A DNA stretch of 63,996 bases, the filler included, from Basidioascus undulatus (Eukaryota): the NCBI GenBank assembly GCA_000826855.1. It is 6 parts of 6 records of this genome, joined end to end, with 100 filler letters (N's around TTAATTAATTAA, not from the genome) between each part and the next. Parts side by side here need not be neighbours in the genome. Positions count along the whole stretch, not along the records: positions 14,671 to 42,307 come from JTLS01000159.1; positions 42,408 to 49,631 come from JTLS01001590.1; 4 more parts are not named here. One strand, 5' to 3'. The notes under the pieces were generated by a model. The model did no database searches. It saw only the letters and a list, made by a program, of their open reading frames with translations, and was not told the origin of the DNA. Below are positions 37,601 to 49,731 of the stretch, piece after piece (within the stretch, counting starts at the first letter, position 1; every line of letters begins with the position of its first letter). The position numbers were made by a program, and so were the translations under genes.

Positions 37601-38108
37601 CACTTATTATTGTCAGCTTCCAGGTGAGTCTCCAGGCTCAAGAAGAGCGTGAAGCCCGCAGGTGCGCAGGTGTTTCGAAGCAGTCAGTCCCAGCATATAC
37701 AAAGGTGGACGCGACGAGGTTCACTGCGTCCATAAGGTGTTGCTACTTTGAGTGAGTTTAATCGTAATTTATGAGGCAAGGCACAGTGTGGGCTCAGTAA
37801 GAACTCATGGAGCAATTGAAAAACGATGACAGTCTCTGCCTCGCGCTTCCTGCTTGGGGATGCCTTGCACAGACTTGCTCGCCTGTTCTTTGTGTCATAT
37901 GCCTTTCTGGTTTGCGTATTAACTCGCGTCACGCCGGAAAGTTAAGAGGTCTTCGTCGTGTGCGGGTCAGCACAACGTGAGCAATCGCACACACGGAACC
38001 CTATTTCGCTAGAAAGTTCAAGTTTGGAGAGGGATTGAAAATACGTGTCTCGAGAGTCATCCGCAAGAAATACGGCTTCAGTATGCATGAATGTAGTACC
38101 AGTAACCC

Positions 38109-39285
38109 TCACAGCATGTCGTCAAGAAACGCTTCGTCGTCTTCGCGTGACCCGCGCGATCCGTCACCAGGCCCGGCTAATGCACGAAAGGGCGGCAACT
38201 TGGATGCTCGCGCGCTTATGTGAAACGGTATGCCACGTCCGCGGCCTGCAGATGCCTTCGGTGGTAGAACATGCGCCTTCGGCGGGCCTGACGCTGCAAG
38301 GAGGCGCTTGCAGGATCAGCACCTGCGCGTCAGGACAGAGGACGAAAGACGCAGCTAACTCACCTCCGTCAGCGCTCGGTAGATTTGAGAACGCCAGATT
38401 GTCGTCCATATCAGGAGCGTTCGTGGCACTGGGAGAAGCGGAAGAGGGGCGCGACCGCGTTGGGCGACTCTGTCCCATCGGAGGCCCCCTGAAGCGCGCT
38501 TTCAATTCTGAAAAGGAGGGTCGGTCAGTTATGCAATAGGGTCGTCAGGAAATGATCCCGCACCCCACGTTGCCTCCGCTTTTTCGCGGTCTGCCTGCAG
38601 AAGGCGTAACTCCTCGGCCTCGCCGCGGCCCAGCTGCAAGACAGTTCGCGACACAGCCTTGTTGTCATGTCGTAGATGGCCGAGCGTTTCATCGATGTCT
38701 TCCTCATCGAGATTCGGCGACGCCGATCCCACAAGGGGCGCCTCGTCGTCGTGCAGACGGGCTGCTTTAGCCAGGAAAGCGGAGAGGTCGACCTCGGGTT
38801 CTGGGTCGGCTTCTTCTGCAGGTACATTGCGACGTCAAGTCTGGCGGCCATGATTTGGAGGTTGGACGAAGGATTACCATAAGGATCAGGCTCGGGTTCC
38901 TCGTATCGATAAGCGTTGCTGGCGAGTTGTCGACGAGAGAATTGAGAGCCGGCGCCGACCTCTGCGAAGCAACCCTGCATCAGACACACTCCTGAGCAAC
39001 CTCAACAATTGCATACTGTCTCCATCCGACGGCGGTGAGCTCTTCGCGTGGATCGAGTCCGTCTCTCCGTCCGCGTCATCGGTTACATCTTCCTTAGAGA
39101 GTTTCGGAAAGGCCGCGTCGTCGCGCGCTGACGGTGGCCTGGCGCGGCCGCGCGAGTCATGGCCACCCCGACCGCGATTGTAGGCACGCGACGCTCGAGC
39201 CTTGTACTTGTTTTGGAGAACCACTGTAGAGATAATCCAGATTCAATGATCTGTCGATCGAACGGTGAGAAGCTCAACACCGACT
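38109..39285 (-). CDS. Conserved hypothetical protein, candidate AVEN/RIPR(CER16)-like
   Basis: Spliced product (M)VLQNKYKARASRAYNRGRGG...|...FSRRQLASNAYRYEEPEPDPY|EEADPEPEVDLSAFLAK...DEEDIDETL...EKAEATW|ELKARF...EDDEAFLDDML*. The gene model is well supported; the AVEN link is inferred from motifs. Confidence 0.7.
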
Positions 39286-39657
39286 GGATCAGTGGATGTC
39301 GAGGAGCTCCAGCGAGAGGAGAGCTGAACTGTGAGACTGGTCGAGATGAATTGACGGAAGCACGATGAGGGCGATCGAGTGTTTCGTATGAGTTCCAAAA
39401 CGTGTTAAGGGAGATGAATGAGGAAGGACTGCAAGGACGACGACACGGCGGTTCGTGTTGGGCAAGCAGCAAGAAAGCACCCGATAGTCCGCGGATTGTC
39501 CAGGGTTTTTCACTCGACTCCACCAACACCTCGCGCCCAACGCCCTCCTCGACCAGGCGTTCAATCCCATCCGTCCGTCCCGGTTAGAGCCCATTCGATC
39601 GTCTATCAAGCCGTTAAACGTCTCTATCGATCCGCTCTCTTCGTTCACGTCTCCGCG

Positions 39658-41068
39658 ATGCAAAGCCACATTCGCGAGGTCTGGGCCGACAATCTCGACG
39701 AGGAGATGGCCATCCTCCGCGGCCTCGTCGACCGCTATCCCTTTGTCGCCATGGTAAGTCTTTCCTGGGGCGACCTTTCTAATCCGTGCCCAGCGGACGC
39801 TCAACGTGGCCGCCCTTATAGGACACGGAGTTCCCCGGCGTGGTTGCGCGGCCTATCGGCACCTTCAAGACTTCGTCCGATTATCATTACCAGACTCTCC
39901 GCTGCAACGTCGATCTGCTTCGCATTATCCAGCTTGGTCTTACCATATCCGATGAAGACGGGAACATGCCTGAGGCGGCGACGTGGCAGTTCAACTTCCG
40001 CTTCAACCTCAGGTGCGTCGGCTGCCTTTGTACCCATTCAAGCCGTAAGGGGAACGTTCGTCCTAGGAGGATGGGAGGGAGGGGAAATGGGAAGGGACTG
40101 GGAGGGGAACCAGAGGGGAATGAGGGGGGAATAACATCCGAACATTGTTGGAAGCTTTGATACGAGGAGACATAGCCACTTCCTGGGGCTGAGGAACGCG
40201 TTGATCAAACAAAACCTCACTCCTGCAACGTTCGCTCACATCCTGCTGCTTCCCTCAGCGACGACATGTATGCGCCCGACTCGATCGACCTCTTGACAAA
40301 ATCGGGCCTCGACTTCAAGCGGCACGAAACGCAGGGCATCGACGTCGATCGTTTCGGAGAGCTGCTCGTTACGTCCGGTTTCGTACTGGTAGACGATGTG
40401 CGCTGGATATCGTTCCACAGGTGCCTCTTCAAACAGCGACTTTGTTGAAGTCAGCGTGCTAACATAACGCGACTTCCCTCCGTAGCGGCTACGATTTCGG
40501 CTACCTCTTGAAAGTCCTCACCGCCTCTCCCCTGCCCGCTTCCGAGTCGGACTTCTTCGACATCCTCCACGTCTGGTTCCCCGGAATCTACGACATCAAG
40601 TACCTGATGAAAACATGCCGGACACTCAAGGGGGGGCTACAGGACGTTGCCGACGATCTTCAAGTAAGCCAGAACCCGCGTCACTCTACAGAGGCATGGT
40701 TTGACTTATTTCTCCAGGTCGCTCGCATCGGACAGCAGCATCAAGCTGGCTCCGACTCCTTGCTCACTTCAGCTGCCTTTTTCAAAATGCGCACAAAGTA
40801 CTTCGATGGGAGGATCGATGATGAGCGCTTCCTGTACGGACTTGTCTCGCTCTTGAACGCAGCGCGTCGAGTGCTAATCTATATCACTTCCGGAAGCGGC
40901 TACCTTTACGGCATCGGCCCCGCTGCACTTGCCAACTCAGCCAACTCGCAGTCAGCTTCGATGCCCTTTACACCCATCAACAACCCTCTCCCAACCCCGT
41001 ATGTTGGTCAAGCACAGCCATCAAATCATTTCGCGAGCAGGACACCGGTCGGATGGGGTGATCGATAG
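39658..41068 (+). CDS. CAF1: CCR4-NOT deadenylase subunit Caf1/Pop2 (CNOT7/8)
   Basis: [13 protein letters not shown]...[18 protein letters not shown]...[19 protein letters not shown]...[32 protein letters not shown]. Confidence 0.97.
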
Positions 41069-41408
41069 CAGCTGTAGAGATTGATGTACTATCATAATTA
41101 TCGAGTTCATTGAGTCACTGTGCCAGTCTGACTATTGGAGGTCATCACGGTTGTGGTTCATTATGCTGCCACCACCCTTACTCTGACTTGCTCCCTGCAA
41201 GGGGGCAGGTGACCAACAATAATGTCCTTTGCATGAGCTTCATGCCTGCTGCCAAGCCAATGCTTGCTGTCATTGTGACAACATGGACACTCCTCACTCA
41301 ACGGCTACTCCAACTCCAACTTTGGCAATGATGAGGAGAGCAGCAAGCAGTCAAAGGTCTCCACCTCCAGCATGGAGTCCAAGTGTCATGAACCAAGCCA
41401 GCAACACT

Positions 41409-41520
41409 ATTGCCACAGTTTCTAGCAGCTTCCACTCCATTGCCACAGTTCTAGCAAGCTCTACCCCATTGCCACAGTTCTAGCAGGCTCTACTCCATTG
41501 CCACAGTTCTAGCAGTTTCT
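41409..41520. repeat. ~29-bp minisatellite, 4 copies
   Basis: attgccacagttctagcaRgctctacYcc units start at 41409, 41439, 41468 and 41497. Confidence 0.92.
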
Positions 41521-41859
41521 GTCCTCAACCTGTAGTGTCGCATCTATCGAACAGCACTCAGCTGCTGAGTGAGGAGCAAGTGTATATTATTGAAAAAAAG
41601 GAAAGTCGAGATGATGAAGTAGCCCTTTTATCATAGCTTCAAGAACAACAATGTGGAAGAGTGTTTGTTGTGCAGGAGCGAAAGAATAACACAGGTGAAG
41701 GGGCCATGTGAGTGCAGGGGAAATGGACAACATGATCGAAGGGGATAAAGACACAATCACATGCAACTTCAAGGTGAAAGAAAAGTAAAGCACGGAGGGC
41801 GAAGAGCGGAGACGATGCAAAGTGTCAAACAAGAAGGAAGATGAGAAAGGGAAAGAAGT

Positions 41860-42307
41860 GTGCATGTCGATAAGCTTGAGTCTGGCTTCGATCAGTGTGG
41901 AGACTGGGTTGCAGACAGCCATGCTGAAGCGGGAGAGCATGTTGAGGAGGTACTGGCACTGAGAGAGAGTGTGTGTGCCCTGTACACTGTCACACTTGAT
42001 CTGGACACCCAGGATGTACTCCGCCTCACTGAAGTCCTTCATCTCATACTCACACTTGAGGAGCTCCTTGATGTGGCGGACAAAGTCAAGGTCATTGCTG
42101 ATGACGACCTTGTTGTCAACATAGATGCTGAGGATGCAGACGAGGGAGCCACAGATGAGGATGAACATGCAGGGGTTGGCACAAGACTTGGAGAAGCTGT
42201 CAGGACTGGGCTGGGCAAGACAGACTGCAGCAGGGACTACCAGCAGGGTTGGTGACAAGATGCAGGATGTATGGCGAGGAATAGAGGACAAGGCTAAGAG
42301 GAGGGCA
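41860..42307 (-). mobile_element. Ty1/Copia reverse-transcriptase relic, hypermutated
   Basis: FSKSCANPCMF...ILSIYVDNKVVISND...IKELLKCEYEMKDFSEAEYILGVQI...LSQCQYLLNMLSRFSM...NPVSTL matches the RVT_2 core, with YVDD changed to YVDN. The whole 41110-42307 tract is CpG-poor. Confidence 0.9.
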
Positions 42308-42407
42308 NNNNNNNNNNNNNNNNNNNNNNNNNNNNNNNNNNNNNNNNNNNNTTAATTAATTAANNNNNNNNNNNNNNNNNNNNNNNNNNNNNNNNNNNNN
42401 NNNNNNN
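42308..42407. other. Artificial scaffold spacer
   Basis: 44N-TTAATTAATTAA-44N. Confidence 0.98.
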
Positions 42408-43554
42408 AAGTCCCAAAGGCCCGCGACCCCCCCTCCCCCCCTCTCATCCTCCTGCCTTGAATCTTCCCATGTAGATGCCATGTATCATTGTGCGCATGGC
42501 AGTTTACTACTCTGGGTCTATATCAATGGTCTGGCACCGGAGCAGTGTGCCCTGCAGGTCGCAAGAGCAGATCGAGGGGGAAACGCACAGCGTATTTCGA
42601 CCCTACAGTGTTTTAAGCAGGGGGTCATTTTTCTTCCTTGCAGACACCCGAAACATGTACGGCTCGACGTTGATAAATCTTAGCATAGGACGCTCGTGTG
42701 TGTGCTTCTGATTTGTCGTCTAAGCGACCTGCTGGACTCCCAGGGAATTGAGCCGGAGCGCCGAGGGCGCGAGACGAGGAGTGGGTGAGTGAGCGGTCGA
42801 AACGACGTTCCAACATGGAGAATCTGAAAAGCTCTTCAGGAATCCAATGAGTCCTCGGGGCGAAGTCGAGCACACCAACGCCAAACGGAGCGACGGGGTG
42901 GCGATGTGCACTGCGGAGACATCCTACAGCGGCCGATGATACACAGGCACTGTTGCCAACTTCTGCCGTTATCTGTAGGCTGGATTTGTTCACGCAATAC
43001 GCCCTGATATGTTGCTGCTGTTAATCGGTGCGTCAGCCGCTAATAAGGTGCTCGTGGATGATCATGTCCGAGCCAGTCTTGTCAACCTTCTGAAGAAACG
43101 GCTTCTGTTGGTCCTCCAGCTCTGTTGTGCGGTTGTGTCAACCCTCCACATTGAAAGAATACAACACTATCCTTTTATATTAATGCTCAACGTTTGATTG
43201 GACAACATTAGGCCAGACTGTGCCGAACCTCACTGACCTCGAGAGCGGGCACTCCAAACCGATGTTCTACTCACCTAGCCAACTTGGCATTAAGAACTTG
43301 TAACCCACATAGCAGGACATTGGGTAAATTCCTGGATTGAGTTGTACAACTTCAATTCCGAATGGGCAGAAAGAAATTAGCCGGTCGAGCATTGCCGGAA
43401 TAGGATAAGGGAAGGAATGGCTATCGTTTGTGTATATGTTCTGGACGATTAAGGAGAGATTGTTCACCGAACAGCCTGGGTACCGCAGCCGGAGGATCCA
43501 AAAATGGCACTGCAGTGTGCAGGCCGTCTGGACGGCAAAAAGTGCGAAAGCAAA

Positions 43555-43626
43555 AGCAACAGCCCGGGATCGAACCGGGGACTTCCAGATTTGCAATCTG
43601 ACACTCTACCACTAAGTTACTGCTGC
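43555..43626 (-). tRNA. tRNA-Cys (GCA), intronless
   Basis: GCAGCAG-TA-ACTTAGTGGTAGAGT-G-TCAGA TT GCA AA TCTGG-AAGTC-CCCGG TTCGATC CCGGG-CTGTTGC-T. Full cloverleaf, U73 discriminator, downstream T-runs. Confidence 0.93.
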
Positions 43627-43929
43627 GATGTTGAATAGGCTCATGCCTGTAATAGTTAATATAGTTGATTGTTTCCCTTACAAGTGCATCAAGGGCTGCC
43701 ATTTGGGCGATCTTGCCTTACTACTGAGGTGAGTTCAATACAACGGGGAGCCTAACAGCCATTTCTATATCCTCTGCGCGTTAGGGTTGCCGTGGGAACA
43801 ATTTCGGAGACGTCGCGGGAGAACCATGGAGGAGTGCCGAGTCTAGACCACCGTCGAGCATGACAGCGTCCGACTGTAAACCTCCTTGCAGTCTTTACTG
43901 AATATTGTGAAGAAAGTTTCGTTCATATT

Positions 43930-46142
43930 TTCAGGTACAACTGGACGAGAAATCGCAATCGACGCTGAAAGAGGCATCCGATGGCGTGCTCGCCGGAAAG
44001 TTGATAACCGGCCCAGGTTCTTCAACGTACAGTTTACATGACCGCGCGACTTGGATTGTTCGGCGTCGGAAGGCCCGCAAGGCAGCCGCCCGTGTGCGCG
44101 TGTGCAACAACGGAACGCTCAGGAACACCGCCCAGGCTTGACCAGTGTGCCCGCCTCTATTCCGCATGGCCATCATCGAAAATCATTGCATCATATGGTC
44201 AACATAATGCGCAACCAGCTGGCTCGCTTGCCGCATTCCGGGACTCGACTCTGTATTTTATGGGCTCCCTCTTGGCAGTTTATCCACCGCCTGATGGTTC
44301 CATTCATCGTCCCAACATCGCCCTCTCCATCCCTCGCTCACGGCTGGCAAGAGCTAGATGACAAGCCCTGCTGGAGATATCGACGACAAGAAGTTGTCTG
44401 CGGTCCTAGCCGCAGGAATTCTGCAGCTTCGTACGGCTTCTTTCAAGGCATTGGCAGTCGAACATGCTGACATGAAATGTAAACCGGTCTTAGGTGGGCA
44501 CCGTGGATGGGCGGGTTGGCGATACCATTTCCTGTTCGCCCCTTTTCGGTTGTCTGATGTTCCGAGTCGAGCGCTGACTTTGAGACTTAGACAGCATCGA
44601 GGGCCTCTTCACGTTTGCCGTCGGTGTCATTAGCTGGTAGTAGTCCACGGCATGTTCTCTGTTTCTTTCAGTCAATAATCCTGTTTGTCGCTTCAGGTTC
44701 TACCTTGCAGCAAGTCCCACCGCGACTCGGGGTGGACTGCGTGGAAAGAACGGCTGGTCAGTATTCACTGTATTCACTGCAACCCACAGCGTGCTTTGTG
44801 GTATGTTTACATGGAGGATACTCTTCTGTGGTTTAGCAAGCGCGAGGAAACCATCATGATTAGTCGAAGTAAGTGCTGCGCTGCTGCCTGAATGCGGCGG
44901 CCTTGACTGACACGTCGAACGCTTTTGTGCAGTTGTAACGACTCTTCACCTTAGGACAAGTTTTTCACCGATCCCCTGACACTTATTCTCATGCAGCTCC
45001 GAGACGATCCTGCTAAAGGCCTCAACCACTTGCCTGAGGATATCACCTGGCAGGACGTTAAGGAAGCATGGACGGACCCCGCCCTGATTGGACTCTACGT
45101 GATCGCTCTGGTAGGTCCCTCCCTCCCAACGCACCTGGTGCTACCTTGGCTAAGCTATGCCTGTACAGATTGCGTACATACCGCAACCCAGTGCAGGTAT
45201 ACCTCTCGCTTTCGCTCAAGAATCTGGGGTTGTACGTTTTCCGACGAATTTTCGGCATATTCCTCGTAACACTGCCAAATGCCATGGGCTGGTCAGCAAC
45301 ACACTCGAGAGCAACATGCTTCTCATTCCCTCGGCTGCCCTCCAAATCATTCTCATGCTTGCTCTCTCGTGGTCTTCTGATCGTACCCGTGAGGGGACCT
45401 GGTAAGTCATCTACTCCTCTTTCTTCCTCCACAAGTATCAGTTTGTGTTCATCGTCTTTTGCCTCTCACCTTAGGCACTGCTTCTTCGGAGAGTTCTGGT
45501 CTTTCCCGCTCCTCGTGGCGCTGGCCTTCGGGGCGTCTATATTCTCCAACTGGAGCATATTCGTCCTAGGAACGCTAGTCTTGGGCTGTATTTCTCCGTT
45601 TCTATTATAGCTGTTCGGTCCGACGCTGACCTCTTTTTCTTTCAGACCCGTAAGCTTCCCAATAACATGGCATCTTACAGGGCCTCGGTGCTATTGGCTC
45701 TCACATTTTCCAGCTACTTCCACCCCATTGTGTCCTCCTGGATCTCCGAATACTCGTTCAGCGTGAGCAACCGTCTCACACACTGCTAAAGGTGACACGC
45801 TTCTCTTGACGAATTTCACCGTGAATCAAGGTATCAAAACGTACCGTAGCGGCCGGAACCTATAATTGATTGTCCAGATCGGCTCCGTGCTGTCGTCGCA
45901 GATCAACAGAAGCCCTACGACGCTCCTTCTGTTCGTCCCTCTGTAACGAGATTCTCTTCTCGATTTGCATCCTGTCCTGTGTCGTCTTCGCGCTCCAAGG
46001 CGCGCAGCTCGCAAGGCTGAATGCGCGCAAAACGGCGACCTTGGCGACGATGAGCGACACGGAGAGGAGGGAGTATCAAGCGGACACGGTCGCGAGGGAG
46101 CGGGACGGGAACAGCAGACTGGATTTCAGGTTCGAGCTCTGA
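43930..46142 (+). pseudogene. MFS transporter of the Dal5/Soa1 (YIL166C-like sulfonate) type, degenerate
   Basis: WAGWRYHFL|IEGLFT; RGGLRGKNGW|FSKREETIM; LRDDPAKG; C-terminal GNSRLDFRFEL*. Lesion TAT AAT TGA at ~45861-45869, and the 5' region cannot be reconstructed. Confidence 0.7.
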
Positions 46143-46706
46143 AAGTCGCGGTCGAGCGACTTCAAAAGACTCTGCTGGCGGGAACAATCGTGTCCATAGT
46201 AGCGAGAGCCCATCGTGTCGTTCCTATGGTTCCTTTTAATTTGGAGTTCAGATTAACGGACGTGCATGGACTTGATGATTAGGAAGTTGCTGCAAGTGCG
46301 CAACCGGATCGCAGCCAGTCAAGCCTCGTGTTCTGTTCCACCGTTGTGAAGATTCCTCATGCCTCCTTTACTCAATGTAACTGTCCGATCCCGAGGCGTT
46401 TTGCGAGTTCTGCCGGCCTCAATTGTCAAAGGCCGATACGGGAGTATGACCTGCAGCCGCCCAGTAGTACCCCGTACCACCTTCGACAGTGCCAGCAAAG
46501 TTGTCATGCACCGACGGCATTCGTACACAGCACTGCGACGGGCACTTTCCGGCCGTGCCTAGGTACTTAGCGGTTGTGTCGCTTCCACACCATCATTCCA
46601 TTAACGGCTGCCCTCGAAACCTAACAAGCCCAATAAGGGGGTATGAATGCGAATATGCGAAACACAAAAGGCAGAATCACCAAAAGGCTGCTGCCGAGAA
46701 ATACGA

Positions 46707-49617
46707 TCATGATGCCACGCGCAGGAGATCCAGCGCGAACATAGTCGAAATCTCCTGGCAGAACGTCGGATCTTGGAAGAGGTCGTGAAGAAGGATGACT
46801 GTTGCATAAAGAGCAAGCAGCGGAGCGTTAGTCCTCGTCTGCAAAGATAGGCTACAGGAGAGCGAAAGCCATCAGTGAACGCACCCGCATTCCGAGTCGC
46901 CGTGTCGCCCATCGACGCCGAGAGCCCCCGAGGCTTCGCCTTGATGAGCAGCTCGCGCGCCTTGAGGTACGTCTCGCGCTTCTCCTCGTCCGTCCGGTTC
47001 TCATCGGGCCCGACATACCACTCGCGCGCGGGCGGCGGCCACAGCGCGTCGCGCGTGCTCCGGATCGCGCTGGCGATGTTGTCCACGTCCGTCATGTCCA
47101 TCACGGCGGACTGCAGCGCGCTGCGGATCACGCCCGAGTAGGAGGAGCGCACGACGCGCTCAAGGACGCGGAACTGTCGGCCAGCAGCACAAGGAGCAAG
47201 TCGTCAGCCGCGTAAGGGGCAGGTGAGACGCAGAGAACTACACGTACGAAGCCGCGACGGATGGACCACTGCTGCCCAGCGAGCTGGTACGACTCCTCGA
47301 GGATGGAGAAGATGGCGTTGAGGACGAGGTTCAAGTCCTCGTCACTGATCTTGGGCGCGTTTGGCGGCGCGGGCTGTACCTTCTCCGGCTGCTCCACGGC
47401 GGGCGGTGCGGGCGAAGTCGGACGCGAGATGACAACCGCGTCCTGGGCCGCGAGGGAATCGGTCGACTCGCGCGGGGACGCCGCGCCAGTGACCGACGCG
47501 GGCGCGGACGGCGGGGCAGCAGTCTCCCCTGAGGCCGACGGTGCCGGACTGACCGCTTCAGTGGGCGCAGCGGCAGATTCGACCGGCACGGGCGCGGGAG
47601 GCGCAGCAGCGGGCTCGAAGACTTTATCGACCGCCGTCGTGCTCGCGCTCGGGGTGGTCATGCTCGTGCGTGGCTCGCTCGCAGGCGCAGGCGGCGCCGG
47701 TGCCGTTACGGCGGACCCGGATGAGACCAAGTTCGTCGATGAGATCGAGCCTGCGCGGGGGGACGAGGACGCCGCGGCTGCTGCTGCGGTCGCCTGGCGG
47801 CTCACGCGCTTCTTCGCTCCGCCGATGTCGGTGATGGCCTGCGTGAGCTGCGAGAAAGGCTTGGCCGTCTTGCCGAGGTCGAAGAGCTTCGCCTTGGCCG
47901 CGCTCGTCTTTTCTTTGTTCAGGAACTGTTCGAACAGCGAAATTCATCCCATCAGCACGCGTAGAGAGGATCTGTGTGAGGGAGCAAGTGTGGGCAACGC
48001 ACGTCAAGGACGAGGTCCGACTCGGAGTAGCGCGGGTCGGTGAGCAGCGTCTTGAGGTACGCGCCGAGGAGCGCGCAGACGTCGGCGCTCTTCTTGAACC
48101 GGAGCGAGGGCAGGAACGCCCGCGGGAAGTCTTTCGTCCCCGCCTGAGGGAACGCTCGCTGCAACGCGGCGTCGAGCTTTTCGAACTCGGACCTGTTTTC
48201 CGGACACCAGCTCTTCAGTCACCGATCACGCAGAAGAGAGCGTCGGGAGCACGAGGTGCAGGGGAGACTCACCACTTGCGGAAGAGCATCCACCCCGCCG
48301 CGCACTCCTCCTCGATAGCGATCATGAGCTCGAGCGTCTTGGCCTGTACGAACCCGTCGCCACCAGCATCGCCTGAGACGTCCGTGACCTCGACCTTGAC
48401 CTTCCTCTGCTGCTCGGCCTTGCTCTCGCTCGACGCGCGCGCCGTCTGCTGGAGCGGAGGGGGCGCCATCTCCTCAGGCGAGAGAGGAAGCTCGATGTCG
48501 CCTGATGCGGACCCGAACTGGAGCGTCGGCTGCTCGGACGACAGAGGCGGAGGCGGAGAGTGGTAAGTCCATTGCTGCTGGTGCGGCGAATCGGACGACG
48601 TCTGCTCGCGGATGGTGTACGGCGCAGGGGCGGGAGTGGGGGAGGAAGAGGAGTCGGACCAGGGGTTAGAAGTGGAGACGTCGGCATCGTCCGCGGGTGG
48701 GATGTTGGACGGGAGACGGGAGGCAGCGAAGAAGCTGCTAGTGCTGCTGTTCCCGCTCCCTCCCTTCCCGCCAGGAAGGAACTTCTTCAACCCGCTCAAC
48801 GACTGCTGGCTCGAGCGCCGTTCCGCAGCTGGCGGGCGCCGGGCCTGCTCCTCCATGCCCTTGTCGTTCCCCGCCGCAGCCTTCGAGCGCCGCGCCTGCT
48901 GCTCCGTCCGGAACGCCGCGTACTCCCTCTCGAGCTTCGCGTTCAGCTCGAGCTCGATGGGCGCGAGGACCGTCACGCGCGGCTCGATCGCCACGCGCTC
49001 GCGCGCGGAGCGCACGGCTTCGGCGAGCGCCGTGTCGCTTGACGAGGCGAGTGACTCGCCCGCGCGCGAGAGGAGCGCTTCGGCGTCTTGCTGGAAGATC
49101 TGCGGTGTCGGAGTCGTGATGGCGACGATCTCTTTGAACTGGGAGAGAGAGAACATGTTTCAGCCGAACGTCTATGAGCGAAGGCGATGGGAGAAAGAAA
49201 GGGACAAAGACAAAGACGTACAGTGGACAGCTGCGTAAGCAATCGCAAAAGCCCTTCCCGCCCGCGGCTCTCAAGAAACCGTTCGAACTCGTCATACACC
49301 TCCGACTCGTTCCTGCTCGCCAGGACCTCACGCAGCCCGGGCGCCCCGCCCGACGCGGCGGACTGTTCGGCATGGAACGCAGCGGGCGAACCGAGGTCGC
49401 CGTCTGGTTCGTGAGCGCGCGCCCGCGAGGTGGAACGCCGCGGCGGCGAGGAGGAGAAGGCGAAGGAGGCGAGGTCTTCTTCGGATTCGTTCAGGTGAAG
49501 GGAGAAGGTGGGCGCGATCGTGGTTGGAGTTGTTGGCGCAGGCGCAGGTTTCGGAGGGGGGGAAGGAGCACGGGTGGGAGACGGAAGAGGGGGAGGGGGA
49601 TAACTGTACTGTGACAT
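46707..49617 (-). CDS. Sorting nexin-like protein (RGS-like + PX + Nexin_C; Mdm1/SNX13-14 related); N-terminus uncertain at the gap
   Basis: LREVL...YDEFERFLE; GWMLFRKW|SEFEKLDAALQRAFP...LPSL...LGAYLKTLL; IFSILEESYQL...WSIRRG; IRSTRDALWP...RTDEEKRETYLKARELL. Confidence 0.8.
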
Positions 49618-49631
49618 TGTCTAACGATGCC

Positions 49632-49731
49632 NNNNNNNNNNNNNNNNNNNNNNNNNNNNNNNNNNNNNNNNNNNNTTAATTAATTAANNNNNNNNNNNNN
49701 NNNNNNNNNNNNNNNNNNNNNNNNNNNNNNN
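49632..49731. other. Artificial scaffold spacer
   Basis: 44N-TTAATTAATTAA-44N. Confidence 0.98.

Noticed and set aside
34700..38000. AT-richer tract with broken ORFs
   Set aside because: Probably decayed repeat or gene DNA, but no domain could be identified by eye
40013..40258. Intronic snoRNA in the long CAF1 intron
   Set aside because: No convincing box C (RUGAUGA)/box D pair or H/ACA hairpins
33000..41100. Mating-type locus hypothesis prompted by STE14 and the PRE motif
   Set aside because: No pheromone precursor (CAAX ORF), STE3 receptor or homeodomain gene seen in the window
41409..41520. ~29-bp repeats of CRISPR-like length
   Set aside because: Head-to-tail with no unique spacers, no cas genes, eukaryotic context; a minisatellite
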